In this document: in pieces, positions 1 through 14,460 of the stretch
How the letters are laid out: each line of letters starts with the position of its first letter
How positions within the stretch are numbered: position 1 is the first letter of the stretch
Assembly: GCA_024137785.1 (NCBI GenBank)
Contig: JAHRHZ010000073.1
Coordinates: forward strand, 5,194,250 to 5,258,249
DNA from: Ginglymostoma cirratum
Lineage: Eukaryota
Reading direction: 5' to 3'
Length of the DNA stretch: 64,000 bases
Program-made: the position numbers and the translations under genes
Notes under the pieces: generated by a model
Databases searched by the model: none
Told to the model about the DNA's origin: nothing
The model's input: only the letters and a program-made list of their open reading frames with translations

Positions 1-362
1 TCTAAGTGACATTGATAATGTATGTATTCTCCAAAAAATGTGTCTAAAGTACAGTCACATAAATTATATTATCACAAATCACAAAATACTTCAATACGAA
101 ATTGATCTTTGACGTGGTGGGTTTTTCAAGTAATGCAGTATCACAAGTGCATTTTTGTTCCTGTGCAGTTAAATAAATGGTGATTGTTACAAATTTCAAG
201 TCTACACTGAGTATTCTTACCAGTCGAGCATCCGTGGTTAAATTCATAAGGTGACCTCATGTCCACTTTGATCAGGAAGATAGCTCTATTGCCAAATATG
301 TTCTTCACAGCTGACATGACCTAGTTGGGGACGGCGGTATGGGGGGGGGGGGGGGGGGGGGG

Positions 363-462
363 NNNNNNNNNNNNNNNNNNNNNNNNNNNNNNNNNNNNNN
401 NNNNNNNNNNNNNNNNNNNNNNNNNNNNNNNNNNNNNNNNNNNNNNNNNNNNNNNNNNNNNN
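363..462. other. Assembly gap (100 N) preceded by a poly-G run (341-362)
   Basis: Directly visible. Confidence 0.99.
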
Positions 463-914
463 GAGGGGGTGATCAGTGCCACTACTTATTGTCTGCAGTG
501 GGTCCTGAGACCTTGCAATGCTAATTCTGATTGATTAAACGTGAAATACATGAATGAAAAGAATACTGCTTCACATCAAATATTATTTACTATTTAACTC
601 ATAACATCAAAATTACAAGGCTTTTGTTCTTCAAATAGACCGACATCAATTCATATTTCTTTATTCCAGAAATGACTGCCTATAATTTAATAAGAGTGAT
701 TCCTCTGTCTCTGCTCCAGCCCCACTAATACTTTGAACCAAAGTAGAAATCAAAAGGTAAATCTGTGACCCGACTACAGCCTTATGTATTGACAAAATGA
801 GATTTCAGTCAAAACTATAACATCATAACTAACAAATACTCTCTGCCTCCAACTCTGTTGCAAGAACTAATGAAACTGGCATTGTCAATTTAGCTGGAGC
901 TCTAAATGTGCTCA

Positions 915-1700
915 TAGTAACAACAGCTTACATTTAGATAGCACACTTAAAACAAAAAACAATTTTTTCAAGATGCTTCATAGAAAAAAATATTAGGCAC
1001 AGTTGACACCAGTTTGCAAACAATTGGGTATTACTGTGGGTGTGCAAATGCTGACCAAAAAAGTAGATCTTTGGAGAAACTTAACAGAAGAGTTTGAAGC
1101 AGTGAGGTGGAGAGATATGGAAGGGAACTCCAGAGTTTAAAGCCTGGACCAATGAAGATTTAGCTGCAATGATGCAAGAATACAGTGATCCAGAAGCAGC
1201 AGAAATTGAAAGAGTAAAGATCTCATAGAGGGGTTGTAGAGCTGGAGGCTACAGAGATGGGGGTGAGGCAGCAACTGGAAATTTGAAAGTAGGATGAGTA
1301 TTTTAAAATTTATGTTTGGAAGCCAATATAGATTATGAACCACAAGAAACAGAATTCAAGGGATTAGAACAGGAGAAGCAGAGTTTTGGATGAGTTCAAG
1401 TTGCTGGCACACGAAAGGTGCAAGGCAGAACACTGTTGACAGTCTAACGCTAAACAACTCATAGATCAGGGTTTCTGAATCTGAGCTCAGATAGATATTA
1501 AATAAGTTAAAGTAAGTAATAATGGTGTTAGAGAAGATGTGTGGTCAGAAGATCAAAGTCCAGTTTCAATACAGACTGTCACAAGACAGAGCCAGATTGA
1601 GTCAATGGCTGGGGACGGGATTTGTGGCGGGAACAAAAGGTAACAGTGAATCTTTCTGAAATGTGCTATTCTAAATCAGAAGACATGCATTCAAGTTACA
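915..1700 (-). mobile_element. Degenerate L2-like LINE 3' fragment
   Basis: Minus ORF 1137-1343 has LYWLPNINFKILILL, resembling the L2 ORF2 C-terminal LHWLP..FKILLL motif; L2-type tail in reverse near 915-985. Boundaries approximate. Confidence 0.55.
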
Positions 1701-2002
1701 CTTCAGAAACAATGGCAGCAGACATGGCCTCAATTTTACATCTGATTCAAAAGATATACATCTGCAAGTGCATCCATCATGCAACACCGAACTGGAGTTT
1801 TAACCTAGACTTTTGTCTCAAGCTTCTGAAGAAGGACTTAGCTGTATAGCTGGGTAAGGCAAATGAACTTATTATGAACACAGCCCAAGCAAGGTTCACT
1901 AATTAATGTTCCAGATGGGATACACCACACTGTTAAGTTCCTGGGGGAGGATGGATGAACTGACACTGTTCTTCATTCAGCAGGTTTCAACAAGGCTAAT
2001 TT

Positions 2003-2580
2003 AGATTCATAGAGTTGTGCACATGGAAAAAAACCCTTTGATCCAACTCGTCCATGCCAACCAGATATCCTATATAAATCTAGTCCCATTTGCTGGCATT
2101 TGGCCCATATCCCTCTAATCCCTTCCTATTCACATACCCATCCAGATGCCTTTTAAATCTTGTTAATGCACCAGCCTCCACCACTTCCTCCAGCAGCTTA
2201 TTCCACACATGCACCACTCTCCACGTGAAAAAAAATTGCCCCATAGGCCCCTTTTAAATCTTTCCCCTTTTACCTTAAACCTATGCCCTCTAATTTTGGA
2301 TTCCCCCACCCTAGGGAAAAGACCTATCTATTCACCTTATCCATGCTCCTCATGATTTTATAAATTTTAATAAGCTCACCCCCCAGCCTATTCAGCCTCT
2401 CCCTATAGCTCAAACCCTCCAACCCTTGCAACATCCTTGCAAATCTTTTCTGAACCCTTTCAAGTTTCACAACATCCTTCCTATAGCAGGGAGACCAGAA
2501 TTGCATGCAGTAGCCCAAAAGTGGCCTAAACAAGGCCCCGTACAGCCGCAGCATGACCTCCCAACTCCTATATTCAATAA
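2003..2580 (-). mobile_element. CR1-type LINE 3' fragment (ORF2 C-terminus + 3' tail)
   Basis: ORF 2324-2647(-) LYGALFRPLLGYCMQFWSPCYRKDVVKLERVQKRFARML is typical CR1 ORF2 C-terminal sequence. Confidence 0.85.
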
Positions 2581-3149
2581 AAGAATCACTTTGGTTATGG
2601 ATACCTTTCTCATGGATCCATTTGAACATATGATTTAATTGAGTCAATTTAGTCAGGTTTCCTGTCCTTGGGCAATTTTCAAAGGAAAATCCTGAGATGT
2701 CATTCGAAGGAAGTGACTTGCGATCCAGAAGAAGGCACTGTTATTTTTGTAGTCACAAGAAATTACAATCTAGTCTGTTTTGACTTGCCTCTCACACCCT
2801 TTTAAAGGCTCTCATTTGAATTTTCCTTCACATTGATAGGTGTGAAAACCCATGGGTTTCTCTCAAAACAGTCAGTTAATCCATGGGCATTTATGGCTGC
2901 ATCAGCTCTCTTGAAAAAAACTCATTTTGGAAGCACTTGTTAAAAATGTTCAAGCATCAGGGATGTATGTTGGGTTTCTGGCCATGAGGACTGCATGGTG
3001 TATGGACTTTATATCAAATTCTTATTTGACTGCGTGTGGCATCAAGGAGATTTAGCAAAACTGAAGGCAATGAGAATCGGGTCATACCCAGCACATAGAT
3101 TGTTGGAACTAAGTCATCTCAGCTCCAGATGACCTTTGCAGGGGCACAT

Positions 3150-3495
3150 CAATGGTAGTTGCCTTTTCTCTTGGAGAAGGGATTTCAAGACTAGGGAGCA
3201 CATTTTTAAGGTGAGAGGAGAGAAATTTTTAAAAAAGACACGAGGGGCAATTATCTTCCCCCCCCCACAGACGGTGGCTCTTGTGTGAAATGAACTTCCA
3301 GCGGAAATGGTGGAAGCAGGTACAATTACACCATTTAAAAGACATTTGGATAAGTACATGAATAGGAAAGGTTTAGAGGGATATGGGCCAGGAGCAGACA
3401 GGTGGGACTAGTTTAGTTTGGGATTATGGTCAGCATGGACTGGTTGGACTGAAGGGTCTGCTTCTGTACTGTACGACTATGAATCTATGATTATG
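3150..3495 (+). mobile_element. CR1-type LINE 3' end
   Basis: Homologous to 2003-2330 in opposite orientation; ends in a (ga..ctatga)n-like tail. Confidence 0.75.
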
Positions 3496-4085
3496 ACCTT
3501 CTCTCCATCATAAGATCAGAAATGGGGACGTTTGCTGATGATTGCACAACATTCAGCATCGCTCTTGGTTCTTGATACAAAAACAGCCCATGTCCAAATA
3601 CAGAGACATCTGGAAAGCATCCAGGTTTAGGCTGACAAGTGAGAAGTATCATTTGTGTCACACAAATGCCTGGCAATGACCATCTCTGATAAGAGAGAAT
3701 CTAATTATTATCCCTAGAGATTCAGTGGCATTATCATCACTGAGCCATTCACTTGCAACATCTTTGGGTTACCATTGACCAGAAGCTGAATTGAACGAAC
3801 TATATAAATACAGTGACTACTAGAGCAGGTCAAAGGCTAGGAATCCTGCAGCAAGTAACTCATCTCCTAACTCCCTAAAGCCTGCCCACCAACTACAAGG
3901 AACAAGTCAGGAGTGTGATAGAATGCACATCTCTTGCAGCTCCTACAACACTCTAGAAGGTCGATGCCATTCAAGAAAAAACTTAATTGGCACCACATCT
4001 GAAAAAAAATTCATTCTTGCCACCAGTGACACCCAGTAGCAGCAGAGCATATTAACAAGATGCATTGCAAAAAGTCACCAAGGGA
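3496..4085 (+). mobile_element. Second LINE family (CR1/L2 group), decayed RT 3' region
   Basis: agcaggtcaaaggctaggaatcctgcagcaagtaactcatctcc... (AGQRLGIL..VTHLL..SL.T.YK.QVRS); homologous to 6685-7460 and 55620-56655. Confidence 0.7.
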
Positions 4086-4989
4086 TTGGGACAATTAAGT
4101 TTTCCAAAGGCAAGAGTTCTGTGGCTGAGTGACTGTCAGAACAAGCACAAATGCAGTAGGATTTCTGAGGATAATGCAATGCGTTATTATTTATGAAATT
4201 TGAACAGAATTTACATGTCCAAGTAGCTGCCACAGTTACGTCAACGCTTAACTGAACATGGACAAATTGGAAAATCCCTAATGAGGAGTAAATTCTTTCA
4301 GGCAAGTCACAAATTTAGAAAATCATGGCATTTACAAGATGGCTATATTTGAAATAATCTCTTTTAATTGAAAGTGAGGCAGAATACCCTGGAATCGGGG
4401 GGATGGTAAATTCAACGTGGAAATTCTAAGGTCAGCCTTCAAATTCTTACACAATGTAAAGGCAAACGGCTTTGTTGGGCTCAGTTAGTTTGAGAGATCA
4501 GGAGAGGGAGGCGGGGGAGGTGAGAGGATACTGGGTAATGACACAAAGAAGGCACAGTTGTGCCAAGATGGGAAAGCGAGTGCTTTTGTGCGCATCAACA
4601 ATCAGAATGCGTGTAAGCATCACACCACTGTTTGAAGACGTGAAACCTGTTTCAAGACTCAGTCTTCAGAGGATGTCTTTCTGCTGTAAATTACTCAAAT
4701 ACTCAGGAGGGTTGAGTGAAGAGAATTTTAAAAGGAGAATGGAAGACACTTCTTAGTTGCCGTTGAAAAACCGAGGTGAATTTATTCAAAGGCAACATAT
4801 GCTGAGTCTGTGCTATGAAGTATAAAAGTGACATGGGATTTTCGATTATGATAAGTAGTTATAGCACAGGGGAAAACACTTTTACTATAGTTTTATGTAT
4901 TATAACCTGCCAAGTAACGTTTAGTCAATGATGCCTCCACCTTATGAAGAAGAATCCAAAGTTCTGAAGGCACCTCTTTGAAAACACAA

Positions 4990-5445
4990 AATCTAAACAG
5001 GAGTAGGCCATGCTACCCTTCAAGCCTGCTCTGCCATTCATTATGGTCATGGCTGATTATCCAACTCAACAGCGTGATCCTGCTTTTCTCCCATTTTCTT
5101 TGATTCTTATAGCCCCAAGCATTACCTTCAACCTCTTCTTGAATCATACAATGTTTTGGCCTCAGCTGCCTTCTGAGATGGATAATTCCACAAGTTCACC
5201 ATTCTCTAGGTGAAGAAATTTCTCCACATCTCATTCCTAAATGTTTACCCTTCATTGTAAGACTGTGACCCCTGTTCTGGACTCCCTTCACTATCAAGAA
5301 CATCCTTTCAGCACATATCCTGTCTAATCCTGTTGAAATTTTATAGGCTTCTATGAGATTCCTCCCCCATTCTTCTGAACTCAGGCAAATATAATCCTAA
5401 TCAATTCAACCTCTCCTCATACATCAGTCCCGCCATCTCAGGAAT
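4990..5445 (-). mobile_element. CR1-type LINE 3' fragment
   Basis: Starts caggagtaggccat...cccttcaagcctgctctgccattca (reverse of the LINE tail), recurring at 10745, 26600, 29030, 54060. Confidence 0.7.
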
Positions 5446-5522
5446 GGAAACACTAACTTTGTTTCTCTCTCCACAGACGCTGCCAGACCTGCTAAGCTTG
5501 ACCAGCATTCTCTGGTTTTTTT
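5445..5522. mobile_element. Single arm of the short Penelope-like palindromic element family
   Basis: ctctccacagacgctgccagacctgct...ccagca matches arms at 36590, 51125, 61810. Confidence 0.6.
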
Positions 5523-6684
5523 TTGACATTTAACCTGTTCCTTACAAAAGAATTCTTAAAATGTAAAATCTTTTCATGTAATACTTTGCTTCAGTTGCTG
5601 GGGAATTCATTCCTCCTTTTAAAAGTAATTTGATGCTACAAGAATCCCAATGACCAAACCAGAAATTTGAGTCCGCAAACTTGTATTGTCTCCTCATAGG
5701 TCCCCGTACCCAATGTCATTTAACCATGTGCATCCACCATTCATGGATTTTCATACCATATGCAACCTAGACCCAGCTACTCATCACCATAACCCATGAC
5801 GACACCCGCCCCCTCCATACAGACATGCAAACGTGCATGCACGCACTCACAATCACATTGCCATCTATGCCAATCTATCAAACCTGCATGATCATTCATA
5901 TCCCCATGCCAACCAATGAACTCTCATACATGACCCCACACCTCCATCACTCCAAGACCTTTACAGTTCCCAAGCTATCTCAGTGTCAACTCATATCTCC
6001 CACCACAATCTTATGCACCTCTTTCACCACGTCAGCTCATTAATTATCCAACATGAGCACTGATCAGGAGGCATCATGTCAAAAAATAAAGTAACCATCT
6101 ATTGGTTATGTCACTGTATTTAAAAAAACTCAATAATACAAAAAACAAACATCGAATACAATTAAAGTGCTTCAACACATCTGTTATGAAAACAATCATT
6201 TCACTTAATTGGTAATTACCTTATGTTAGAGCCGATCATCAATAGGTGCCCCATTGCAAAAATTCTAATTTAGAAAATCAGTTATGCAACCTAAATCCTA
6301 GAACAATTTTCTAAACAGACACTCTCAAATACCTAGCACTTCTTTTGCACTTGTTTGTTGGCAACTTTATGAGTTTAAATACATTTTGCACACAACCGCG
6401 CCTTTTCACAATCCCAAAGACTGATAGGCATTTACCAAAGGGTACTTTGTCACCCTGGGACCAAATCCAAAAGGAGTCTCCAAAAGGGGAGAACAATTAA
6501 ACAACTCCCCTTTACAGAAGTCAATGCTTAACAAAGTATGAGTTTCATTAGGGCTCAGATTGATCATTTTGAACTTGTTAAACAAGTGAGGCATTACATT
6601 CATATCTGTTTATCTGTTTAATATGTCAATGTACGACAATTATGTACAATGCAACTGACATAGCTTGTAAACTAAACAAGATCC

Positions 6685-7460
6685 TCAAGATAGCTTCCAA
6701 GGCATAACTATCTTCAACTGCTTTGTCAATGACCTTCCCTCCATCATAAGGACGCTCACGGGCAAATGGACAATATTCAGCACCATTTGCAGGTCATCAG
6801 ATACTGAAGCAATCCATGTCCAAATGCAGCAAGACAAGAATAGCCCGCAGGTTTGGACTGACAAGTGACAAGTGTCCTTTGCACCACACAGTGACCACCT
6901 CCAACAAGACAGAATCGATGCATTATTGCTTAGCATTAAAAGGAATTACTGTCGCTGAATCCTCCACTGTCAACATCCTGGAGGTCACAATTGATCACAA
7001 ACTGAACTAGACACGCCGTATAAATATACTGGCTACAACAGCAGGTCAGAGGCTAGGAATCTTATAGTGAGCAACTGAACTCCTGATATCCCAAAGTCTA
7101 TCCACCATCTTCAAAGCAGAAATCAAGAGTGTGATGGAATTCTCCCTACTTGCCTGGGTGAGTGCAGCTCCAACAATACTCAAAAAGCAGCCAGAAAAAA
7201 AAACAAACAGTCTACTTAATGGGGACCATATCTACAAGAATCCACTCCACAACCGTTGTTCAGAAGCAGCAGTGTGTATATGAACTACAAGACGCAATGC
7301 ACTAATTTACCAAGGTCCTTACACAGTACCTTTCAATCTGACAACTATCCAGAAGAACAAGACACACAGCAGTACAACACTATGCATGTTTCCTTCGTCA
7401 CTCACAATCCTGATACTTGGAAATATATCGCTGTTCCCTCAGCATCACCGACATTCTGAA
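6685..7460 (+). mobile_element. LINE (CR1/L2 group) RT 3' fragment
   Basis: Homologous to 3496-4085 and 55620-56655; many stops and frameshifts. Confidence 0.7.
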
Positions 7461-8772
7461 TTTTTTTTTAAACTCATTGATAGGATGTGGGCATCACAGT
7501 TCCAAGAGGGTTATGGACCATTTTCGCACAATCTACTCCCCAGTTAATCATCAAAAGGGTATCTGACATCTCCCCCACAAATCATCCCTGATCCCTACCT
7601 GAAAGATGTCCTGGGACATATCCACAGGGATATCATAACTCTCTAGAATGATATTCTGGTTATCTAAATTCTGCAGTGAGAACAGACTTGCTCTTACCAG
7701 GTCTAATGTCCACACCCATGGTTCCAGACAACAAGAATTCTGAAATCAGTTTCTCTATGGAGGCAGCTGATCATTTAAATATAAACCACACTAGCAAAAC
7801 CTACTGCATAAACTGTCGCACAGGATGTGGCACAAATACGGTCAAGCAATGGGAAGCAAGCTGCTATTTAAGAACTTTTGGGTATCTAGCTTCTGATGTT
7901 TCTGATGGTTATTGTCATTTCCATGGTTTTCATTCCCTTTATGATTCTCATTGGCTTAATGGTTACCATCTTTTCGCCATTCTCATTACTTTCATAATGC
8001 ATGTGTAATGCAAGATGCGTGATTGATCTACGTTTCAATATTATAATTATTTTAGCATTTGTTTTAAACTAGTGGCATGTGGGTTTGGCCTGTGTGTTTA
8101 AAGGGGTTTAACAACTAAATTTGAGCATTTTGGTAGCCACGGTGATTATTTGGCTAATTGCACCATATTAAAAACAAACAAGTTCCGATCTTACTATTGA
8201 ATTTGTTGTTTAGCTTTTGAAAAATTTTTTCAATATATGTATTGCTGATGTCACTGATGCTTTTGAGCACTTCAATTTAACATTTTTGAGAGCTTCACTA
8301 TGATATCTTTGAGCACTTCACTTGTTCCAACCGAAAACATTTACTGCTAAATGAGAGCTGCGCAATTTTTAAGAGCATTGAAAGCAAAAATTATGTTCAA
8401 GAATTCTCATAGCTTGTGATATTGCAGGCCCACCTATAGTATACCATTGCACTAAAACTCAACTCCTCAGGCTAACGGCACTGAAGAATATTTAACATGA
8501 AATGCTAGCAACAATACCTATGTTGCCAAAATGTGGTTAGTTATCTCATGTTGCGTCTTAAAATAACCTGTATTTCTCACTTTACATGCTGTAAAATTTG
8601 AACAGTTACGTACTTTTACAAATTTTATGAATAAAATATTAATATAAATAATACTTATATAATAAAGGAAAATTAAAATAATAGAGATTGAAAGCTGTGA
8701 CACATTACTACAACTGTTCACCAAGAGGTCCATACAATTTCGAAGTTCCAAAAACAGGTGAAATTTTGGGAA

Positions 8773-8985
8773 AACAGAGAGGCCAAGCAGCATCAGGGGA
8801 GCAGAAAGGCTGACGTTTCGGGCCTAGACCCTTCTTCAGATTTTCATTCACATTTTCTGAAGAAGGGTCTAGGCCAAAAACGTCAGCTTTCCTGCTCCTC
8901 TGATGCTGCTTGGCCTGCTGTGTTCATCCAGCTCTACACCTTGTTATCTCAGATTCTCCAGCATCTGCAGTTCCTACTATGTCTT
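8773..8985. mobile_element. Short palindromic insertion (Penelope-like terminal repeat) with 12-bp TSD
   Basis: Inverted arms ~8781-8840 / 8856-8915; direct repeat aaattttgggaa at 8761-8772 and 8986-8997; hammerhead-like core CTGAAGA..GAAACGTC. Confidence 0.7.
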
Positions 8986-10744
8986 AAATTTTGGGAAGCA
9001 CTGTTTGACATATTTCCAGAATAGCATGTTTCTCCAGCTACAGGGCTTACTACACTAGTTTCGCCTACCATTTGCAATGTATGGCACTGAGTTTCTTAAA
9101 TAAAGCTATTTTGAGGAACCTCTTAAACCATAACTTTTGACACTTAATTTCTTTGATAATAAAGCTTGAAATCGCAACATTTTGAACCAGGACAGTGTGC
9201 CACTCTTCAGTCACAATTAACAATTCTATGCCCACTTGGGCATGGACACATTGAGATCTAAAAGAGTAATTTGGGCATGCAAATTATCATGTCAAATTCA
9301 CATCTAAATTTCTGATCCACGGAAGCTTTATGCCATGAATTTTCTGACTCTGCGCTTTAGTTTTGCAGGTAACAATATATATTAGAAATTTCAAGGAACG
9401 AGAGTTTGATACGCACTGCTGGTGGGCAAATATTTACACTACTGTGTAGAATTGGAAAGTATTACCTTTTAAATCAAACCTCTGCTCCTGTAAGCGAGCA
9501 GAAAATATGCATTAACAGAGCAGGTAAGAAAATATTCTTGATTATTTTAAAAAGGCCCAAACCTTACTGCCCAAAAATTACAGATGGTATCCAAGTTCAC
9601 AAATTCCACTGCTTCCTGACCCAGAACTAAATATCAGAATTATACAGGCATTATTCATTACAAAGCATGAGACATCTATACGAACACAACAGACATGGAG
9701 GGATTTGGAACTGAAACCATGCAATTTGATTGTGTAACAGAACTAAAGTTGTATTCTATTTAATTACTGCTGATAATTGAGAGTGCAGTTAATTTCAGTA
9801 CAGCTAACGAAAGTTTCACTGTTATCTCTAACAGTGCTATAATTATTCCAACTGTAAAACATATATTTGTGAATTAGGGAAAAAGTGAATTTCTTTTTGT
9901 ATTAACATTCACAATAGTGGGTCATGAGTATTCAGAATGAAATTCCAAATGAAGCACAACATGTAATCTTTGTAAATACTATATTTTGTGTCAAAAAGAA
10001 CCAGTTCATCTGTAATTTGTCCTCCACCCTCTAATATACTTTTTCTCCATTTTAATTTGCCAACAAAAATCCATCTACCATGCACTTAACTGAGAATATC
10101 AAACATGGGATTAAGAAGAGATTAGAGTGTAATTTCAATTAATTAACAGGTCTGGAAAAAACTGAACTCCTGGCCCTCACTTGGGATCACCTGTTTTCCG
10201 AACAACACTGACCAGAAAGAAATGTAAAATTCAAATGCTTTCTGAGGAGAACTCATTCTGGATAAAAATCTAAAGTGGACACATTTTTACAGCATGCAGA
10301 AAGAATGGAAGAGACAGGTGATATTCATTGCAAAATTAGAATACATTTAGCATTCTACACAAACACTGTGGAAAAGATGGTCACCAACAAGTAGGAGAAC
10401 TTTATATTTCCCTTACAGCTTACCGATTGCCCAAAATCTTGAGACATTGAAGTACAGCAACGGTAGAAATCGGACTTTGGGTAATACCTTTGCTATGCTT
10501 CTAGGTGAACTAAGATTGGTATTTGCACTCATTTAGGTGTCTTACGTTTAGAACTGTTCATAGGCTGCCCAATATTTAACAATATGATAGTGCAGCCTAG
10601 GGAAGGAACAATACTGTTCCATTCCTTTACGATCTGATCCAGTCATGCATACCTTTCACTTGTGTGCTTTAACCTTTTGGAAGGCAGATTGAAACAAAAA
10701 TACAACAAAAATCAGATGCAATTTGTTAAGCTGCTTCATTTTAC

Positions 10745-11450
10745 AACATAAGGCCATAAGAAAGGGTACAGGTGTTTGCTGTTCAGCCCCTCGAGCCTAC
10801 TCTGCCATTTAACAGAATCATGGCTGATCGAACCCTCTTCATGTCCACTTTCCAGCCCTTTCCCTGTAACCCTTGATTCCCCTACTGATCAAGAATCTGT
10901 CTCAGCCTTAAATATGCACAAGGACTCTGCACCCCACCCCTCCGCAGTAACCCTGGATTCCCCTACAGATCAAAAATCTGTCTCACCCTTAAATATAGGC
11001 AAAGACTCTGAACCCTACCCCCTGTGGCAAGCAGCTCCAAAGACTCTCAACCCTCAGAAGAAATTGGAGCCCCTTTTTTCTGAGACTATGCTCTCTGGTC
11101 CTCCACTCTCACACGAGGGCAAACATTCATCCATCAGCACTTACCCTGCCAAGCCCCTTAAGAATCCTCTAGGCTTCAATGAGATCACCTCTCATTCTTC
11201 TAAACTCCAATGAGTAGAGTCCCAACCTGTCTAGCTTTTGCTAATAAGACAATACCAGGGATCATCCTGGTTAAACTGCCTCCAACGAAAGGATATGTTT
11301 CCTTAAATAAGGGGACTAAAACTGCTCACAGTTCTCCAGATATATTCTCACCAGCACCTTGTATAGTTGCAGTCAGACCTCAACTCTTATACTGCAACCC
11401 ACTCGAAATAAGGTTAACATTCCATTCGCCTTTCTGATTATCTGTGCTTC
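10745..11450 (-). mobile_element. CR1-type LINE 3' fragment with internal ~81-bp tandem duplication
   Basis: Same family as 4990-5445; unit gtaaccc.tgattcccctac.gatcaa.aatctgtctca starts at 10866 and 10947. Confidence 0.7.
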
Positions 11451-13399
11451 ATGTTCAAGTACCCTCTTGTGTGAGCAGACAGTGACACAGTTGTTAGCAA
11501 GTTAACTTATCTGAACCAGCACAGCTTAGCTTTGAGCAATAGTTCTGCTTCACCACATTGGTTGATCTTATTTGGCTTAAAAAAAAGTACTTTACCGTCC
11601 TTTGTAAACTCATGACTTTACCAAAGTCTGCCTGCACAATATTCTTCTTCAACACCTGATTAACCACGCAATTTGTGTTTGTCCTGTCTGCCGAAAATGC
11701 TTTATTTGTTTTTATACTGTGTACACAGCCCAAAGGGAACAGGGCACTCCAAACACTATATGCTAGCCTTAATATCTCTCCATACTGCTTATTATTTATG
11801 ATATCAAGATATCATAAGCAAGATATCAAATATATCTCTTCAGTATTCAACCATCTGTCACCAGGTTTTTTTTTAAATTTGCTGTAAGACACTTATCTAT
11901 AAAAATGCAACATTTACAAGCATTTTTAAATTTCTTCCTGTGTGCGTGGCGAGGGAGGGGGAATGTCATAAGTTGATCCAGATATCAACTTTTCAGATTT
12001 TATGACTCATTGTATGGGTGCACATACGCAAACCATGCTGAGTATCCAGCAATGCAAGCCATTAAAGTTATCTGGGAATGAATTCCTCACTGCAATTCAT
12101 CTATTCTAGTAAGTGGTAGATGTAAACATCTCAAAATTACTTGCATTCTCTTCCGTATGATCTTCAAATATTCTATAAATTGAAAGGCATGGAACAATAA
12201 AAGCTGTGTATGGTGCCCAGAAAGTTGATTCTCAACTAATTTCAGTAGGATTGAAATCAAAGTTCAATACATTGCAGTGGAGGCTTTGGTGATGGAGTTG
12301 TTCATACCGGTTTCTCAACCTGATCACATCACATGTTCAAATTCGGGTTCAGTAACCCACTTTATACAGCTTTATACAAATCATGGAAACAAAATTTGTA
12401 ACCCAACTGGCAAAGATATGTTTGGGCGAGACTCTACAGCATGTTCAACTACAGTCAATAAATCTGAAGTGAATTACCGTTGATTGAAATTTTCAGTTAG
12501 GTATTACATACTGACAGCACAGCTTTAAAATGATAAATTCTTTAAGACTTGCAGCAATCATCCAAACTTCATATTGTTAGGTCAGTTAATGGTGTCAAGC
12601 CAGTCAAAAACAATTACCATGCTTAAATTCTAGTTTTATTTTAAAATTAATGTGCCACTGAGTATTGTCCATCTAGTATTCCAACAGTTCAAATAAAAAT
12701 CATTTAATTTCTGAGCACTGCAATCATGAGTCGGTATCATTATAATTGCAGGGAGTTGGAAAAATATAGGATCATAGATTTCTGATATCATTAAACTGAC
12801 CATAAAAATAACTAAACAGTATTAATAGAAACAAATACTAATTTCCGACCTTTATGTAGTCACAAAGTATAGAAAAATGCTCACGAGAAAGTGATTCAAA
12901 TGATAATTCAGGTGAACATTTTTAAGAACGCATTAAACTGCCTTTGTTCTTGCAATAATTTACAAGTTTGGATCACAAGCAAGAACAGAGTTCAGAAATT
13001 AAGCTCCAAATAAGATTCTCTGTGTAATCTTTATAAAGACTATATTTTATCTGCAATGGAAGCAGTTCATCTGTCATTTGGTTTTATACGTTTTAATATA
13101 CTTGCCTTTAATTTGTTAGGGAGGAAAAAAAACACACTAACAGGTTGTATATAGTAACTCAATACATAGAACACTTTAACTAGATAATCTCTATATGGAA
13201 TTCATTTTATAATCCAACTTTTAGGGCGAACGGAAAAAAAAAATTTAGAAGAATGTTTACCACGGGGCTATTTTACACTTTTTTGATTTTGGGCTACATG
13301 TGCCAAGCTGGCATATCAATACTTGAACATACCGGCTGTAAAACTTTACCAAATTCTGCAAAGTAAACCGGCCTTCAGTAAAAACAAAGATGGGGTGGG

Positions 13400-13615
13400 G
13401 GGAGGTGGGAATCAGATGCTGAATGTTTGGTTTCTGACACAATGATGTCAGCAGCATGGGTTCAATTCCTGCACCAGCTGAGGCTACTGCGAAGTTCCTG
13501 CCTTCTTAACCTGGCTTTTGGGTGGAGGCATGGTGACCCTTACAGCATCTCTCTCTCCCTTTCCCTAATGGGAGAGCAGCCCTATGATCCTCTGGGCCTA
13601 TCACAACATTTGCTT
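13400..13615 (+). mobile_element. tRNA-derived SINE-like element
   Basis: B-box-like gggttcaattcc; related sequence in reverse at ~25075-25190. Confidence 0.45.
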
Positions 13616-14460
13616 TACTGGCTTCACCGATTCCCACAATCCATTTTGTAGCACATGAAGTTCTGATTGAGTAGTCTGAATTAATAAGATTCGCCCTTAT
13701 GTTATGGAAAAAGAAGAAATCCTTCAACAGTGTATTTTGTATCATAAATTTCAGAATGCATGTGAATACAGACTGTCAAACAATTTTAAAAAATGACCAG
13801 TTTAGAAAAACATAATTCCACTTCTCTATTTAAAAGATTCTTTGGGAATCATTTAGAATTTGGAAACATTTTTCAATTTGGACTGCAAATCGAATTACCT
13901 GTGCTAATTAATTTCGGCAGAGTATTGAATGAAAAATTTTCCCAGGGGTAAAAGCATTCTCTGTAAGCTTTAAATTTGAGGATTCCAGAATCCAGAAATC
14001 TCAGAAATGCATCCAGAATATCATGACACCACCTCTAACTTCAGTCCTTTCACATCCAACTGCCCTTTCTGCAATGCAGATTAACCATCGCCACTCGATA
14101 TGGAGATGTACATTCAGCCAGCTAAAGGTGTTAACATTTTAGTACCCCTTTTGATTTCAATCAATAAATTACTTATCAAGGTGGTGCATAACTGACACTG
14201 CTTGGAACATCATTTTGTTCAAAAAAGAAAAAAAGACACGTATTATTTAATCTGCTTAGTTGCACAACTGAAAGGGGTTTCAGCATTATTATTCAAAACT
14301 AATCAATTCAGTTATCAAAAATACATTTTCTTAAGCTATTACAGCTTTTGGATTTGAATGAATAAAGGCTTCCTAAATATTATGTTTAGTTTTTGAAAAA
14401 TCTTATCAGAATTCCTACATTAGAATTGGAAACATTTTATAATAGCCAAAGGCCACTCCC

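Noticed and set aside
325-534. Poly-Gly ORFs
   Set aside because: Artefacts of the poly-G run and the N gap.
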